NCBI RefSeq assembly: GCF_044324875.1
Contig: NZ_CP172185.1
From: Escherichia coli
GTDB taxonomy: Bacteria > Pseudomonadota > Gammaproteobacteria > Enterobacterales > Enterobacteriaceae
Direction: 5' to 3' (one strand)
DNA length: 64,000 nt
In this document: in pieces, positions 1-9,612 of the stretch
How positions within the stretch are numbered: position 1 is the stretch's first letter
How the letters are laid out: each line of letters starts with the position of its first letter
Notes under the pieces: generated by a model
What the model was told of the DNA's origin: nothing
The model's database searches: none
What the model saw: only the letters and a program-made list of their open reading frames with translations
Translations under genes and position numbers: made by a program

Positions 1-316
1 GCCGGAAGCCGAAGAAATCATTGCCCGTCTGCGCAAAATGCAGTCCTTCGATGCCGATATTCCTAAGATTGCGCTGATGCCGCAAAGTACCAGCGATGTG
101 CTGACGTTGCTTGCTGCGACCCTGGAGATGCAGGAGCAGTATGCCGATCGTCCAATCATCACGATGTCAATGGCAAAAACTGGCGTAATTTCTCGTCTGG
201 CTGGTGAAGTATTTGGCTCGGCGGCAACTTTTGGTGCGGTAAAAAAAGCCTCTGCACCAGGGCAAATCTCGGTAAATGATTTGCGCACAGTATTAACTAT
301 TTTACATCAGGCATAA
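1..316 (+). CDS. aroD: 3-dehydroquinate dehydratase, 3' portion (gene starts upstream of window)
   Basis: In-frame translation from window start continues ...[26 protein letters not shown]...ILHQA; recognised as AroD C-terminus; conserved K-12 neighbourhood. Confidence 0.85.
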
Positions 317-460
317 GCAATAATATTTCGGCGGGAATATCCTCCCCCGCCGAACTAAAAAAATATATTTAACCGTATTTAATAAAAATATTTCGTGAGT
401 CTCTGTGCGCTAATTCTCCATCTGGCGTAGGGAAAATCACATCTGAATCAGGAATTAACA

Positions 461-2056
461 ATGAAACCTGTAAAACCACCTCGTATTAATGGACGAGTGC
501 CGGTCCTGTCGGCACAGGAAGCGGTGAATTATATTCCCGACGAAGCAACACTTTGTGTGTTAGGCGCTGGCGGCGGTATTCTGGAAGCCACCACGTTAAT
601 TACAGCTCTTGCTGATAAATATAAACAGACTCAAACGCCACGTAATTTATCGATTATTAGTCCGACAGGGCTTGGCGATCGCGCCGACCGTGGTATTAGT
701 CCGCTGGCGCAAGAAGGTCTGGTGAAATGGGCATTATGCGGTCACTGGGGACAATCGCCGCGTATTTCTGATCTCGCAGAACAAAATAAAATTATTGCTT
801 ATAACTATCCACAAGGTGTACTTACACAAACCTTACGCGCCGCCGCAGCCCACCAGCCTGGTATTATTAGTGATATTGGCATCGGGACATTTGTAGATCC
901 ACGCCAGCAAGGCGGCAAACTGAATGAAGTCACTAAAGAAGACCTGATTAAACTGGTCGAGTTTGATAACCAAGAATATCTCTATTACAAAGCGATTGCG
1001 CCAGATATCGCCTTCATTCGCGCTACCACCTGCGACAGCGAAGGCTACGCCACTTTTGAAGATGAGGTGATGTATCTCGACGCATTGGTTATTGCCCAGG
1101 CGGTGCACAATAACGGCGGTATTGTGATGATGCAGGTGCAGAAAATGGTTAAGAAAGCCACGCTGCATCCTAAATCTGTCCGTATTCCGGGTTATCTGGT
1201 GGATATTGTGGTGGTCGATCCGGATCAAACCCAACTGTATGGCGGTGCGCCGGTTAACCGCTTTATTTCTGGTGACTTCACCCTTGATGACAGCACCAAA
1301 CTTAGCCTGCCCCTAAACCAACGTAAATTAGTTGCACGGCGCGCATTATTCGAAATGCGTAAAGGCGCGGTGGGGAATGTCGGCGTCGGTATTGCTGACG
1401 GCATTGGCCTGGTCGCCCGGGAAGAAGGTTGTGCTGATGACTTTATTCTGACGGTAGAAACAGGTCCGATTGGCGGAATTACTTCACAGGGTATCGCCTT
1501 TGGCGCGAACGTGAATACCCGCGCCATTCTGGATATGACGTCCCAGTTTGATTTTTATCACGGTGGTGGTCTGGATGTTTGTTATTTGAGTTTTGCTGAA
1601 GTCGACCAGCACGGTAACGTCGGCGTGCATAAATTCAATGGCAAAATCATGGGCACCGGTGGATTTATTGATATCAGTGCCACTTCGAAGAAAATCGTTT
1701 TCTGCGGCACATTAACTGCGGGCAGTTTAAAAACAGAAATTACCGACGGCAAATTAAATATCGTCCAGGAAGGACGGGTGAAGAAATTTATTCGGGAACT
1801 ACCGGAAATTACTTTCAGCGGAAAAATCGCTCTCGAGCGAGGGCTGGATGTTCGTTATATCACTGAGCGCGCAGTATTCACGCTGAAAGAAGACGGCCTG
1901 CATTTAATCGAAATCGCCCCTGGCGTCGATTTACAAAAAGATATTCTCGACAAAATGGATTTCACCCCAGTGATTTCGCCAGAACTCAAACTGATGGACG
2001 AAAGATTATTTATCGATGCGGCGATGGGTTTTGTCCTGCCTGAAGCGGCTCATTAA
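461..2056 (+). CDS. ydiF: acetate/short-chain acyl-CoA transferase (fused alpha/beta)
   Basis: 531-aa ORF; CoA-transferase-like sequence; position between aroD and ydiO as in E. coli. Confidence 0.85.
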   Translation: MKPVKPPRINGRVPVLSAQEAVNYIPDEATLCVLGAGGGILEATTLITALADKYKQTQTPRNLSIISPTGLGDRADRGISPLAQEGLVKWALCGHWGQSPRISDLAEQNKIIAYNYPQGVLTQTLRAAAAHQPGIISDIGIGTFVDPRQQGGKLNEVTKEDLIKLVEFDNQEYLYYKAIAPDIAFIRATTCDSEGYATFEDEVMYLDALVIAQAVHNNGGIVMMQVQKMVKKATLHPKSVRIPGYLVDIVVVDPDQTQLYGGAPVNRFISGDFTLDDSTKLSLPLNQRKLVARRALFEMRKGAVGNVGVGIADGIGLVAREEGCADDFILTVETGPIGGITSQGIAFGANVNTRAILDMTSQFDFYHGGGLDVCYLSFAEVDQHGNVGVHKFNGKIMGTGGFIDISATSKKIVFCGTLTAGSLKTEITDGKLNIVQEGRVKKFIRELPEITFSGKIALERGLDVRYITERAVFTLKEDGLHLIEIAPGVDLQKDILDKMDFTPVISPELKLMDERLFIDAAMGFVLPEAAH

Positions 2057-2069
2057 CAGGAGTATCACG

Positions 2070-3212
2070 ATGGATTTTTCTTTAACTGAAGAACAAGAAC
2101 TGCTGCTGGCCAGTATTCGCGAACTGATTACGACTAACTTTCCGGAAGAGTATTTCCGCACCTGCGATCAAAACGGGACATACCCGCGTGAATTTATGCG
2201 GGCACTGGCGGATAACGGTATTTCCATGCTTGGCGTGCCGGAAGAATTTGGTGGTATCCCTGCGGATTACGTCACCCAAATGCTGGCGCTGATGGAAGTG
2301 TCAAAATGCGGTGCCCCGGCATTTTTGATCACCAACGGTCAATGTATTCACAGTATGCGCCGTTTCGGTTCTGCAGAGCAGCTACGTAAAACGGCGGAAA
2401 GCACCCTGGAAACGGGTGATCCCGCCTATGCCCTGGCATTGACGGAACCAGGCGCAGGCTCAGATAACAACAGCGCCACCACCACTTACACGCGTAAAAA
2501 CGGCAAGGTTTACATCAACGGCCAGAAAACCTTTATTACCGGTGCGAAAGAGTACCCGTATATGCTGGTGCTGGCGCGCGATCCGCAACCGACAGATCCC
2601 AAAAAAGCCTTCACCCTGTGGTGGGTCGACTCCAGTAAGCCCGGCATTAAGATTAACCCGCTGCATAAAATCGGCTGGCATATGCTCAGCACCTGCGAAG
2701 TCTATCTCGACAACGTGGAAGTTGAAGAGAGCGACATGGTGGGCGAAGAAGGAATGGGTTTCCTCAATGTGATGTATAACTTTGAGATGGAGCGCCTGAT
2801 CAACGCCGCGCGCAGCACCGGCTTTGCCGAGTGTGCCTTTGAAGATGCCGCCCGCTATGCCAACCAGCGTATCGCTTTTGGTAAACCCATTGGTCATAAC
2901 CAGATGATCCAGGAAAAACTGGCGCTGATGGCGATTAAGATCGACAACATGCGCAACATGGTGTTGAAAGTGGCATGGCAAGCCGATCAGCATCAGTCAC
3001 TGCGCACCAGCGCGGCGCTGGCAAAACTGTACTGCGCACGTACCGCAATGGAAGTTATTGATGATGCGATTCAAATCATGGGCGGTCTGGGCTATACCGA
3101 TGAGGCGCGCGTCTCTCGCTTCTGGCGTGATGTCCGTTGTGAACGTATCGGCGGCGGTACAGACGAAATTATGATTTACGTAGCGGGTCGGCAGATCCTG
3201 AAAGATTATTAG
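2070..3212 (+). CDS. ydiO: acyl-CoA dehydrogenase family protein
   Basis: ORF starting MDFSLTEEQELL at ATG 2070 preceded by AGGAG; acyl-CoA dehydrogenase-like; synteny. Confidence 0.85.
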   Translation: MDFSLTEEQELLLASIRELITTNFPEEYFRTCDQNGTYPREFMRALADNGISMLGVPEEFGGIPADYVTQMLALMEVSKCGAPAFLITNGQCIHSMRRFGSAEQLRKTAESTLETGDPAYALALTEPGAGSDNNSATTTYTRKNGKVYINGQKTFITGAKEYPYMLVLARDPQPTDPKKAFTLWWVDSSKPGIKINPLHKIGWHMLSTCEVYLDNVEVEESDMVGEEGMGFLNVMYNFEMERLINAARSTGFAECAFEDAARYANQRIAFGKPIGHNQMIQEKLALMAIKIDNMRNMVLKVAWQADQHQSLRTSAALAKLYCARTAMEVIDDAIQIMGGLGYTDEARVSRFWRDVRCERIGGGTDEIMIYVAGRQILKDY

Positions 3213-3263
3213 AACAAATAATCTGCAGGCGGCGCAGCTTCTTAACAAACTGCGCCGCCAGAT

Positions 3264-4175
3264 TTATCCAACAAGACTTACCGGTTGAGGAAATTCAGAT
3301 AAGATTTCTTGTTCCGCAAAACAGTTTTTAAATTGCCTGCGGTAATCGCTGGGCGAACAGCCGACATGGCGCAAAAACAGTTTGGCAAAGTGATCGACAT
3401 TTTCATAACCCACACGCCAGGAGATCTCTGCCTGTGATAATTCAGTATTAGTGAGTGACCATTTCGCTTCCGTCATACGCCGTTGAATAACATAGTTAAT
3501 AGGGGAAATGCGATACTCTTTGGTAAATTCATGGCAAATATAACTGACGCTGGCACGAAACTTTTTCGATAACTGCTCTAAAGTGATTTTTTCGCGATAG
3601 TTATTATTCAGATAGAAAAGAATATCTTTTATCAGAACATCTTTTTTAATATATCCCTGCTCCGAACGATAAGCATTTTTAAAGTTTTCGTAGTAAAGAA
3701 TTGCTAACGTATAGGCAAAGGCGTCCCATAACGAAGATGTTTGGCTATTTTTACTTTGCGGCAAAATCACACTTAGCTCATTAAATAAGGTTTTAATGAC
3801 TTCTTTTCCCTGCCCTGCGGCAATTACCGGGCAAGAATGCGGTTGCAGTAGCTGATTTTCCTCAGCCCCCTGAAACTGAAAGCCGTACAGCGCACAGGTA
3901 CACGTCGTTGCCGGATCGTTAACGTCAGAGGCCACCGCATGCAGCCTGCCACGTTCTATCACCACAATGTCATCGGCGTGCGCGACATATAACGAAGAAT
4001 CGATGGTAAACCTTGCTACCCCTTTCTTGACGTAAATCAACTCAGTTTCATTGTCATGAACGTGATGTCCGGACTCCCATTTTGGATCATCGCTAAATGC
4101 AAAACGTGAAAGCCGTGGCGTTTTACCGGCGACAAACAGCGTTTCGCTGGCGTTATCAAAACAGTGTTGATACAT
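3264..4175 (-). CDS. ydiP: AraC-family transcriptional regulator
   Basis: 303-aa ORF with C-terminal AraC-type HTH; convergent with ydiO. Confidence 0.8.
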   Translation of the reverse strand: MYQHCFDNASETLFVAGKTPRLSRFAFSDDPKWESGHHVHDNETELIYVKKGVARFTIDSSLYVAHADDIVVIERGRLHAVASDVNDPATTCTCALYGFQFQGAEENQLLQPHSCPVIAAGQGKEVIKTLFNELSVILPQSKNSQTSSLWDAFAYTLAILYYENFKNAYRSEQGYIKKDVLIKDILFYLNNNYREKITLEQLSKKFRASVSYICHEFTKEYRISPINYVIQRRMTEAKWSLTNTELSQAEISWRVGYENVDHFAKLFLRHVGCSPSDYRRQFKNCFAEQEILSEFPQPVSLVG

Positions 4176-4490
4176 GACAACCTCCCTATTCCATGAGCAA
4201 GCAAAAACAATATATGCCGGATAAAATACGGCGTGTATTGCGGTTATACAACCGCGTTTAGCGAGAGCTAAACAAGATTATTTACACTGAATGCAAGATT
4301 GTACGGTCATGGAATAACTATATTGCCGCAAATTGTACTTTTGTTTTAGCGATCGCATTTTTTTTGCAAGATTGTTGGCAAGGAAAACAGCTTGCTCCGT
4401 CGAAAACCCCGCACCGCTATCGCACACTATTTTCAGACCATTTTTACCTTCCATCGGAGATGGTTCCGTATGCGACTCACAGGAGAAATC

Positions 4491-5255
4491 ATGAAAATAA
4501 TAACCTGCTTTAAGCTGGTGCCTGAAGAACAGGACATTGTTGTCACTCCAGAATATACCCTGAATTTCGACAATGCCGACGCCAAAATCAGCCAGTTCGA
4601 TCTCAATGCCATTGAAGCTGCAAGCCAGATTGCAACAGATGACGATGAGATAGCCGCGCTGACCATTGGCGGCTCATTGTTGCAGAACTCGAAAGTGCGT
4701 AAAGACGTGCTATCCCGCGGGCCGCACAGCCTGTATTTGGTGCAGGATGCGCAACTTGAACATGCACTACCTCTCGATACCGCAAAAGCACTGGCGGCAG
4801 CAGTTGAAAAGATCGGCTTCGATTTACTGATCTTTGGTGAAGGTTCCGGCGACCTTTATGCCCAGCAGGTTGGCTTGCTGGTCGGAGAAATTCTGCAACT
4901 TCCGGTGATTAATGCAGTGAGTGCTATTCAGCGTCAGGGCAATACACTGGTGATTGAACGCACGCTTGAAGATGATGTTGAAGTTATTGAGCTCTCTGTT
5001 CCAGCCGTGCTCTGCGTCACCTCCGATATTAACATGCCACGCATTCCTTCGATGAAAGCCATTCTCGGCGCGGGTAAAAAACCGATAAATCAGTGGCAGG
5101 CAAGTGACATTGGCTGGAGCCAGAGCGCGCCACTTGCTGAACTGACCGGCATTCGCGTACCGCCGCAAACAGAACGTAAGCACATCATTCTCGATAACGA
5201 TTCGCCGGAGGCCATTGCCGAGCTGGCGGAACATCTGAAAAAAGCCCTGAACTGA
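4491..5255 (+). CDS. ydiQ: electron transfer flavoprotein beta subunit (FixA-like)
   Basis: Start MKIITCFKLVPEEQD at ATG 4491 with AGGAGA RBS; ETF-beta-like; synteny. Confidence 0.85.
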   Translation: MKIITCFKLVPEEQDIVVTPEYTLNFDNADAKISQFDLNAIEAASQIATDDDEIAALTIGGSLLQNSKVRKDVLSRGPHSLYLVQDAQLEHALPLDTAKALAAAVEKIGFDLLIFGEGSGDLYAQQVGLLVGEILQLPVINAVSAIQRQGNTLVIERTLEDDVEVIELSVPAVLCVTSDINMPRIPSMKAILGAGKKPINQWQASDIGWSQSAPLAELTGIRVPPQTERKHIILDNDSPEAIAELAEHLKKALN

Positions 5256-5274
5256 AGCCTACGGAGAAGAAACG

Positions 5275-6213
5275 ATGAGTCAATTAAACAGCGTCTGGGT
5301 CTTTAGCGATAATCCTGAACGTTATGCTGAACTGTTTGGCGGCGCTCAGCAATGGGGCCAACAGGTGTATGCCATTGTACAAAATACCGACCAGGCGCAG
5401 GCAGTTATGCCTTATGGTCCAAAATGTATTTATGTTCTTGAGCAAAATGATGCGCTGCAACGTACTGAAAATTACGCCGAAAGCATTGCTGCCCTGCTGA
5501 AAGATAAACATCCTTCTATGTTGCTGCTGGCCGCGACGAAACGCGGTAAAGCTCTGGCAGCACGGTTAAGTGTGCAACTGAATGCGGCGCTGGTGAACGA
5601 TGCCACTGCGGTGGATATTGTCGATGGTCACATTTGCGCCGAACACCGGATGTATGGCGGGTTAGCGTTCGCACAGGAAAAGATCAATAGCCCGCTGGCG
5701 ATCATTACCCTTGCGCCCGGTGTTCAGGAACCGTGCACCAGTGATACCTCTCATCAGTGCCCGACAGAAACGGTACCTTATGTTGCCCCGCGTCATGAAA
5801 TTCTCTGTCGCGAACGCCGTGCGAAAGCGGCAAGCAGCGTGGACCTGAGCAAAGCAAAACGTGTGGTTGGCGTCGGTCGTGGTCTGGCAGCGCAGGATGA
5901 CCTGAAAATGGTCCACGAACTGGCGGCGGTGCTGAATGCTGAAGTCGGCTGTTCACGTCCAATTGCCGAAGGCGAGAACTGGATGGAGCGTGAACGTTAT
6001 ATCGGTGTCTCCGGCGTGTTGCTGAAATCCGATCTCTACCTGACGCTGGGGATCTCCGGGCAGATCCAGCATATGGTTGGCGGCAACGGCGCAAAAGTGA
6101 TTGTCGCCATCAATAAAGATAAAAATGCGCCAATCTTCAACTATGCCGACTACGGTCTGGTGGGCGATATCTACAAAGTCGTCCCTGCCCTGATTAGCCA
6201 GTTGAGCCGCTAA
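5275..6213 (+). CDS. ydiR: electron transfer flavoprotein alpha subunit (FixB-like)
   Basis: 312-aa ORF, ETF-alpha-like; follows ydiQ. Confidence 0.85.
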   Translation: MSQLNSVWVFSDNPERYAELFGGAQQWGQQVYAIVQNTDQAQAVMPYGPKCIYVLEQNDALQRTENYAESIAALLKDKHPSMLLLAATKRGKALAARLSVQLNAALVNDATAVDIVDGHICAEHRMYGGLAFAQEKINSPLAIITLAPGVQEPCTSDTSHQCPTETVPYVAPRHEILCRERRAKAASSVDLSKAKRVVGVGRGLAAQDDLKMVHELAAVLNAEVGCSRPIAEGENWMERERYIGVSGVLLKSDLYLTLGISGQIQHMVGGNGAKVIVAINKDKNAPIFNYADYGLVGDIYKVVPALISQLSR

Positions 6214-6268
6214 TTCCCCTTTCAACCACATCTCCCGCTGTAAACGCAGCGGGAAGGGAGCATAACGC

Positions 6269-7558
6269 ATGTCGGATGACAAATTTGATGCCATTGTGGT
6301 CGGTGCGGGCGTTGCTGGTAGCGTTGCCGCACTGGTCATGGCGCGAGCCGGGCTGGATGTCCTGGTGATAGAACGCGGCGACAGTGCCGGATGTAAAAAC
6401 ATGACCGGCGGGCGTCTTTATGCCCACACACTTGAAGCGATTATTCCAGGCTTTGCAGCATCAGCGCCGGTAGAACGCAAGGTCACACGCGAGAAAATCT
6501 CCTTCTTAACCGAAGAGAGTGCCGTTACCCTCGATTTTCACCGCGAGCAACCAGATGTTCCGCAACACGCGTCTTATACCGTATTGCGTAATCGTCTGGA
6601 CCCGTGGTTGATGGATCAAGCCGAACAGGCTGGCGCGCAGTTTATCCCGGGCGTTCGTGTCGATGCGCTGGTTCGTGAAGGAAACAAGGTCACTGGCGTG
6701 CAGGCCGGGGATGATATTCTCGAAGCGAATGTGGTGATTCTGGCTGATGGCGTTAACTCGATGCTTGGCCGCTCGCTGGGAATGGTTCCCGCTTCCGATC
6801 CGCATCATTACGCTGTTGGTGTTAAAGAGGTTATTGGCCTCACACCAGAACAGATCAACGATCGCTTTAATGTTACGGGCGAGGAAGGTGCCGCCTGGCT
6901 GTTTGCCGGTTCCCCTTCGGACGGCCTGATGGGTGGCGGATTCCTCTATACCAACAATGATTCCGTATCGTTGGGGCTGGTTTGTGGATTGGGTGATATC
7001 GCCCATGCGCAAAAAAGTGTGCCGCAAATGCTGGAAGATTTTAAACAACACCCCGCCATTCGCCCGCTGATTAGCGGCGGCAAACTGCTTGAATACTCCG
7101 CGCATATGGTACCGGAAGGCGGTCTGGCGATGGTGCCGCAGCTGGTTAACGATGGCGTGATTATCGTTGGTGACGCCGCAGGCTTCTGCCTGAATTTGGG
7201 TTTTACGGTCCGCGGCATGGATTTAGCCATTGCATCGGCTCAGGCTGCCGCCACAACGGTGATCGCCGCCAAAGAACGCGCGGATTTCTCCGCCAGCAGT
7301 CTTGCGCAATACAAACGTGAGCTGGAACAAAGCTGCGTCATGCGTGATATGCAGCATTTTCGCAAGATCCCGGCGCTGATGGAAAATCCGCGCCTGTTTA
7401 GTCAGTATCCGCGCATGGTCGCCGACATCATGAACGATATGTTCACCATTGACGGCAAACCAAACCAGCCGGTACGCAAAATGATCATGGGACACGCGAA
7501 GAAAATTGGGCTGATCAACTTGCTGAAAGATGGCATTAAGGGAGCAACCGCGCTATGA
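6269..7558 (+). CDS. ydiS: FAD-dependent oxidoreductase (FixC-like)
   Basis: N-terminal FAD-binding motif DAIVVGAGVAGS; 429 aa; synteny. Confidence 0.85.
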   Translation: MSDDKFDAIVVGAGVAGSVAALVMARAGLDVLVIERGDSAGCKNMTGGRLYAHTLEAIIPGFAASAPVERKVTREKISFLTEESAVTLDFHREQPDVPQHASYTVLRNRLDPWLMDQAEQAGAQFIPGVRVDALVREGNKVTGVQAGDDILEANVVILADGVNSMLGRSLGMVPASDPHHYAVGVKEVIGLTPEQINDRFNVTGEEGAAWLFAGSPSDGLMGGGFLYTNNDSVSLGLVCGLGDIAHAQKSVPQMLEDFKQHPAIRPLISGGKLLEYSAHMVPEGGLAMVPQLVNDGVIIVGDAAGFCLNLGFTVRGMDLAIASAQAAATTVIAAKERADFSASSLAQYKRELEQSCVMRDMQHFRKIPALMENPRLFSQYPRMVADIMNDMFTIDGKPNQPVRKMIMGHAKKIGLINLLKDGIKGATAL

Positions 7559-7848
7559 GCCAGAACGCTACGGTTAACGTCGACATCAAATTAGGCGTCA
7601 ATAAATTCCATGTTGATGAGGGCCACCCGCATATCATTTTGGCGGCAAATCCCGATATCAATGAATTCCGTAAATTAATGAAAGCCTGCCCTGCCGGACT
7701 TTATAAGCAGGATGATGCCGGCAACATTCATTTTGATTCTGCCGGTTGTCTGGAGTGCGGCACCTGTCGGGTGCTGTGCGGTAACACTATTCTCGAACAG
7801 TGGCAATATCCCGCAGGCACCTTCGGTATTGATTTTCGCTACGGCTAA
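7555..7848 (+). CDS. ydiT: ferredoxin-like protein (FixX-like)
   Basis: 97-aa ORF with Cys cluster (CLECGTCRVLC); start overlaps ydiS stop. Confidence 0.85.
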   Translation: MSQNATVNVDIKLGVNKFHVDEGHPHIILAANPDINEFRKLMKACPAGLYKQDDAGNIHFDSAGCLECGTCRVLCGNTILEQWQYPAGTFGIDFRYG

Positions 7849-7904
7849 TCATGCATCCCACAGGCCCGCATCTCGGGCCTGATGCTCTGTTTCGAGAGTC
7901 CAAA

Positions 7905-9551
7905 ATGAAAGTGACATTAACGTTTAACGAACAACGTCGTGCGGCGTATCGTCAGCAAGGGCTATGGGGCGATGCTTCGCTGGCCGATTACTGGCAGCAG
8001 ACCGCTCGTGCGATGCCAGACAAAATTGCCGTGGTCGATAATCATGGTGCATCGTACACCTATAGCGCGCTCGATCACGCCGCGAGCTGTCTGGCAAACT
8101 GGATGTTAGCGAAGGGTATTGAATCAGGCGATCGCATCGCATTTCAACTGCCTGGCTGGTGTGAATTTACCGTTATCTATCTTGCCTGCCTGAAAATCGG
8201 TGCGGTTTCCGTGCCGCTGTTGCCTTCCTGGCGAGAAGCAGAACTGGTGTGGGTGCTCAATAAGTGTCAGGCAAAAATGTTCTTTGCACCGACGTTGTTT
8301 AAACAAACGCGTCCGGTAGATTTAATCTTGCCGCTGCAAAATCAGCTTCCACAACTACAACAAATTGTCGGCGTGGACAAACTGGCTCCCGCCACCTCTG
8401 CTCTCTCATTAAGTCAGATTATCGCCGACAATACTCCTCTGACCACGGCGATAACGGTCCACGGCGATGAATTAGCCGCGGTGCTGTTTACCTCCGGAAC
8501 CGAGGGTCTGCCAAAGGGCGTGATGCTAACGCATAACAATATTCTCGCCAGTGAGCGGGCTTATTGCGCGCGGTTGAATCTGACCTGGCAGGATGTCTTT
8601 ATGATGCCTGCGCCACTTGGTCATGCAACGGGCTTTCTGCATGGCGTAACGGCACCATTTTTAATTGGTGCTCGCAGCGTGTTGTTAGATATTTTCACTC
8701 CTGCTGCGTGTCTCGCGCTGCTTGAGCAGCAGCGTTGCACCTGTATGCTCGGCGCAACGCCGTTTGTCTATGATCTTTTGAATTTACTGGAGAAACAGCC
8801 CGCTGACCTTTCAGCGCTGCGTTTCTTTCTTTGCGGCGGTACCACAATCCCCAAAAAAGTGGCGCGTGAATGCCAGCAGCGCGGCATTAAATTATTAAGT
8901 GTTTATGGTTCCACAGAAAGTTCGCCGCACGCAGTGGTGAATCTCGATGATCCTTTGTCGCGCTTTATGCATACCGATGGTTACGCTGCCGCAGGAGTTG
9001 AGATTAAAGTGGTCGATGACGCACGCAAGACCTTACCGCCAGGTTGCGAAGGTGAAGAAGCCTCGCGTGGCCCCAATGTGTTTATGGGGTATTTTGATGA
9101 ACCTGAATTAACCGCCCGTGCGCTGGATGAAGAAGGCTGGTATTACAGCGGCGATCTCTGCCGCATGGATGAAGCTGGCTATATAAAAATAACCGGGCGC
9201 AAGAAAGATATTATTGTCCGCGGCGGCGAAAATATTAGCAGCCGTGAAGTAGAAGATATTTTATTGCAGCATCCTAAAATTCACGATGCCTGTGTGGTTG
9301 CGATGCCCGATGAACGTTTAGGTGAACGCTCATGCGCTTATGTCGTGCTGAAAGCCCCGCATCATTCATTATCGCTGGAAGACGTGGTGACTTTTTTTAG
9401 CCGTAAACGGGTCGCGAAATATAAATATCCTGAACATATCGTGGTAATCGAAAAACTACCTCGCACTGCCTCAGGTAAAATACAAAAGTTTTTGTTAAGG
9501 AAAGATATTATGCTGCGATTAACTCAGGATGTCTGTGAAGAGATTGAATAA
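7905..9551 (+). CDS. fadK: short-chain acyl-CoA synthetase
   Basis: AMP-binding motif TSGTEGLPKGV; start taken at MKVTLTF (ATG 7905) rather than the upstream in-frame ORF start at 7851. Confidence 0.8.
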   Translation: MKVTLTFNEQRRAAYRQQGLWGDASLADYWQQTARAMPDKIAVVDNHGASYTYSALDHAASCLANWMLAKGIESGDRIAFQLPGWCEFTVIYLACLKIGAVSVPLLPSWREAELVWVLNKCQAKMFFAPTLFKQTRPVDLILPLQNQLPQLQQIVGVDKLAPATSALSLSQIIADNTPLTTAITVHGDELAAVLFTSGTEGLPKGVMLTHNNILASERAYCARLNLTWQDVFMMPAPLGHATGFLHGVTAPFLIGARSVLLDIFTPAACLALLEQQRCTCMLGATPFVYDLLNLLEKQPADLSALRFFLCGGTTIPKKVARECQQRGIKLLSVYGSTESSPHAVVNLDDPLSRFMHTDGYAAAGVEIKVVDDARKTLPPGCEGEEASRGPNVFMGYFDEPELTARALDEEGWYYSGDLCRMDEAGYIKITGRKKDIIVRGGENISSREVEDILLQHPKIHDACVVAMPDERLGERSCAYVVLKAPHHSLSLEDVVTFFSRKRVAKYKYPEHIVVIEKLPRTASGKIQKFLLRKDIMLRLTQDVCEEIE

Positions 9552-9575
9552 GTTTCATCTTCGGGGATCACATAA

Positions 9576-9612
9576 ACCCGGCGACAAAACGCCGCCGGGT
9601 ATTTATTTTATT
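9576..9612 (+). terminator. hairpin (cccggcg/cgccggg) followed by T-rich run after fadK
   Basis: Inverted repeat plus tatttattttatttc seen in sequence between convergent fadK and ppsA. Confidence 0.4.

Noticed and set aside
833-1527. Minus-strand ORFs (133 aa and 100 aa) inside ydiF
   Set aside because: Fully antisense to a well-supported conserved gene with no recognisable features; typical overlapping-frame artefacts.
3223-3261. Inverted repeat ggcggcgcag...ctgcgccgcc between ydiO and ydiP as an intrinsic terminator
   Set aside because: No T-run follows on either strand, so it may be a protein-binding or REP-like element; left unannotated.
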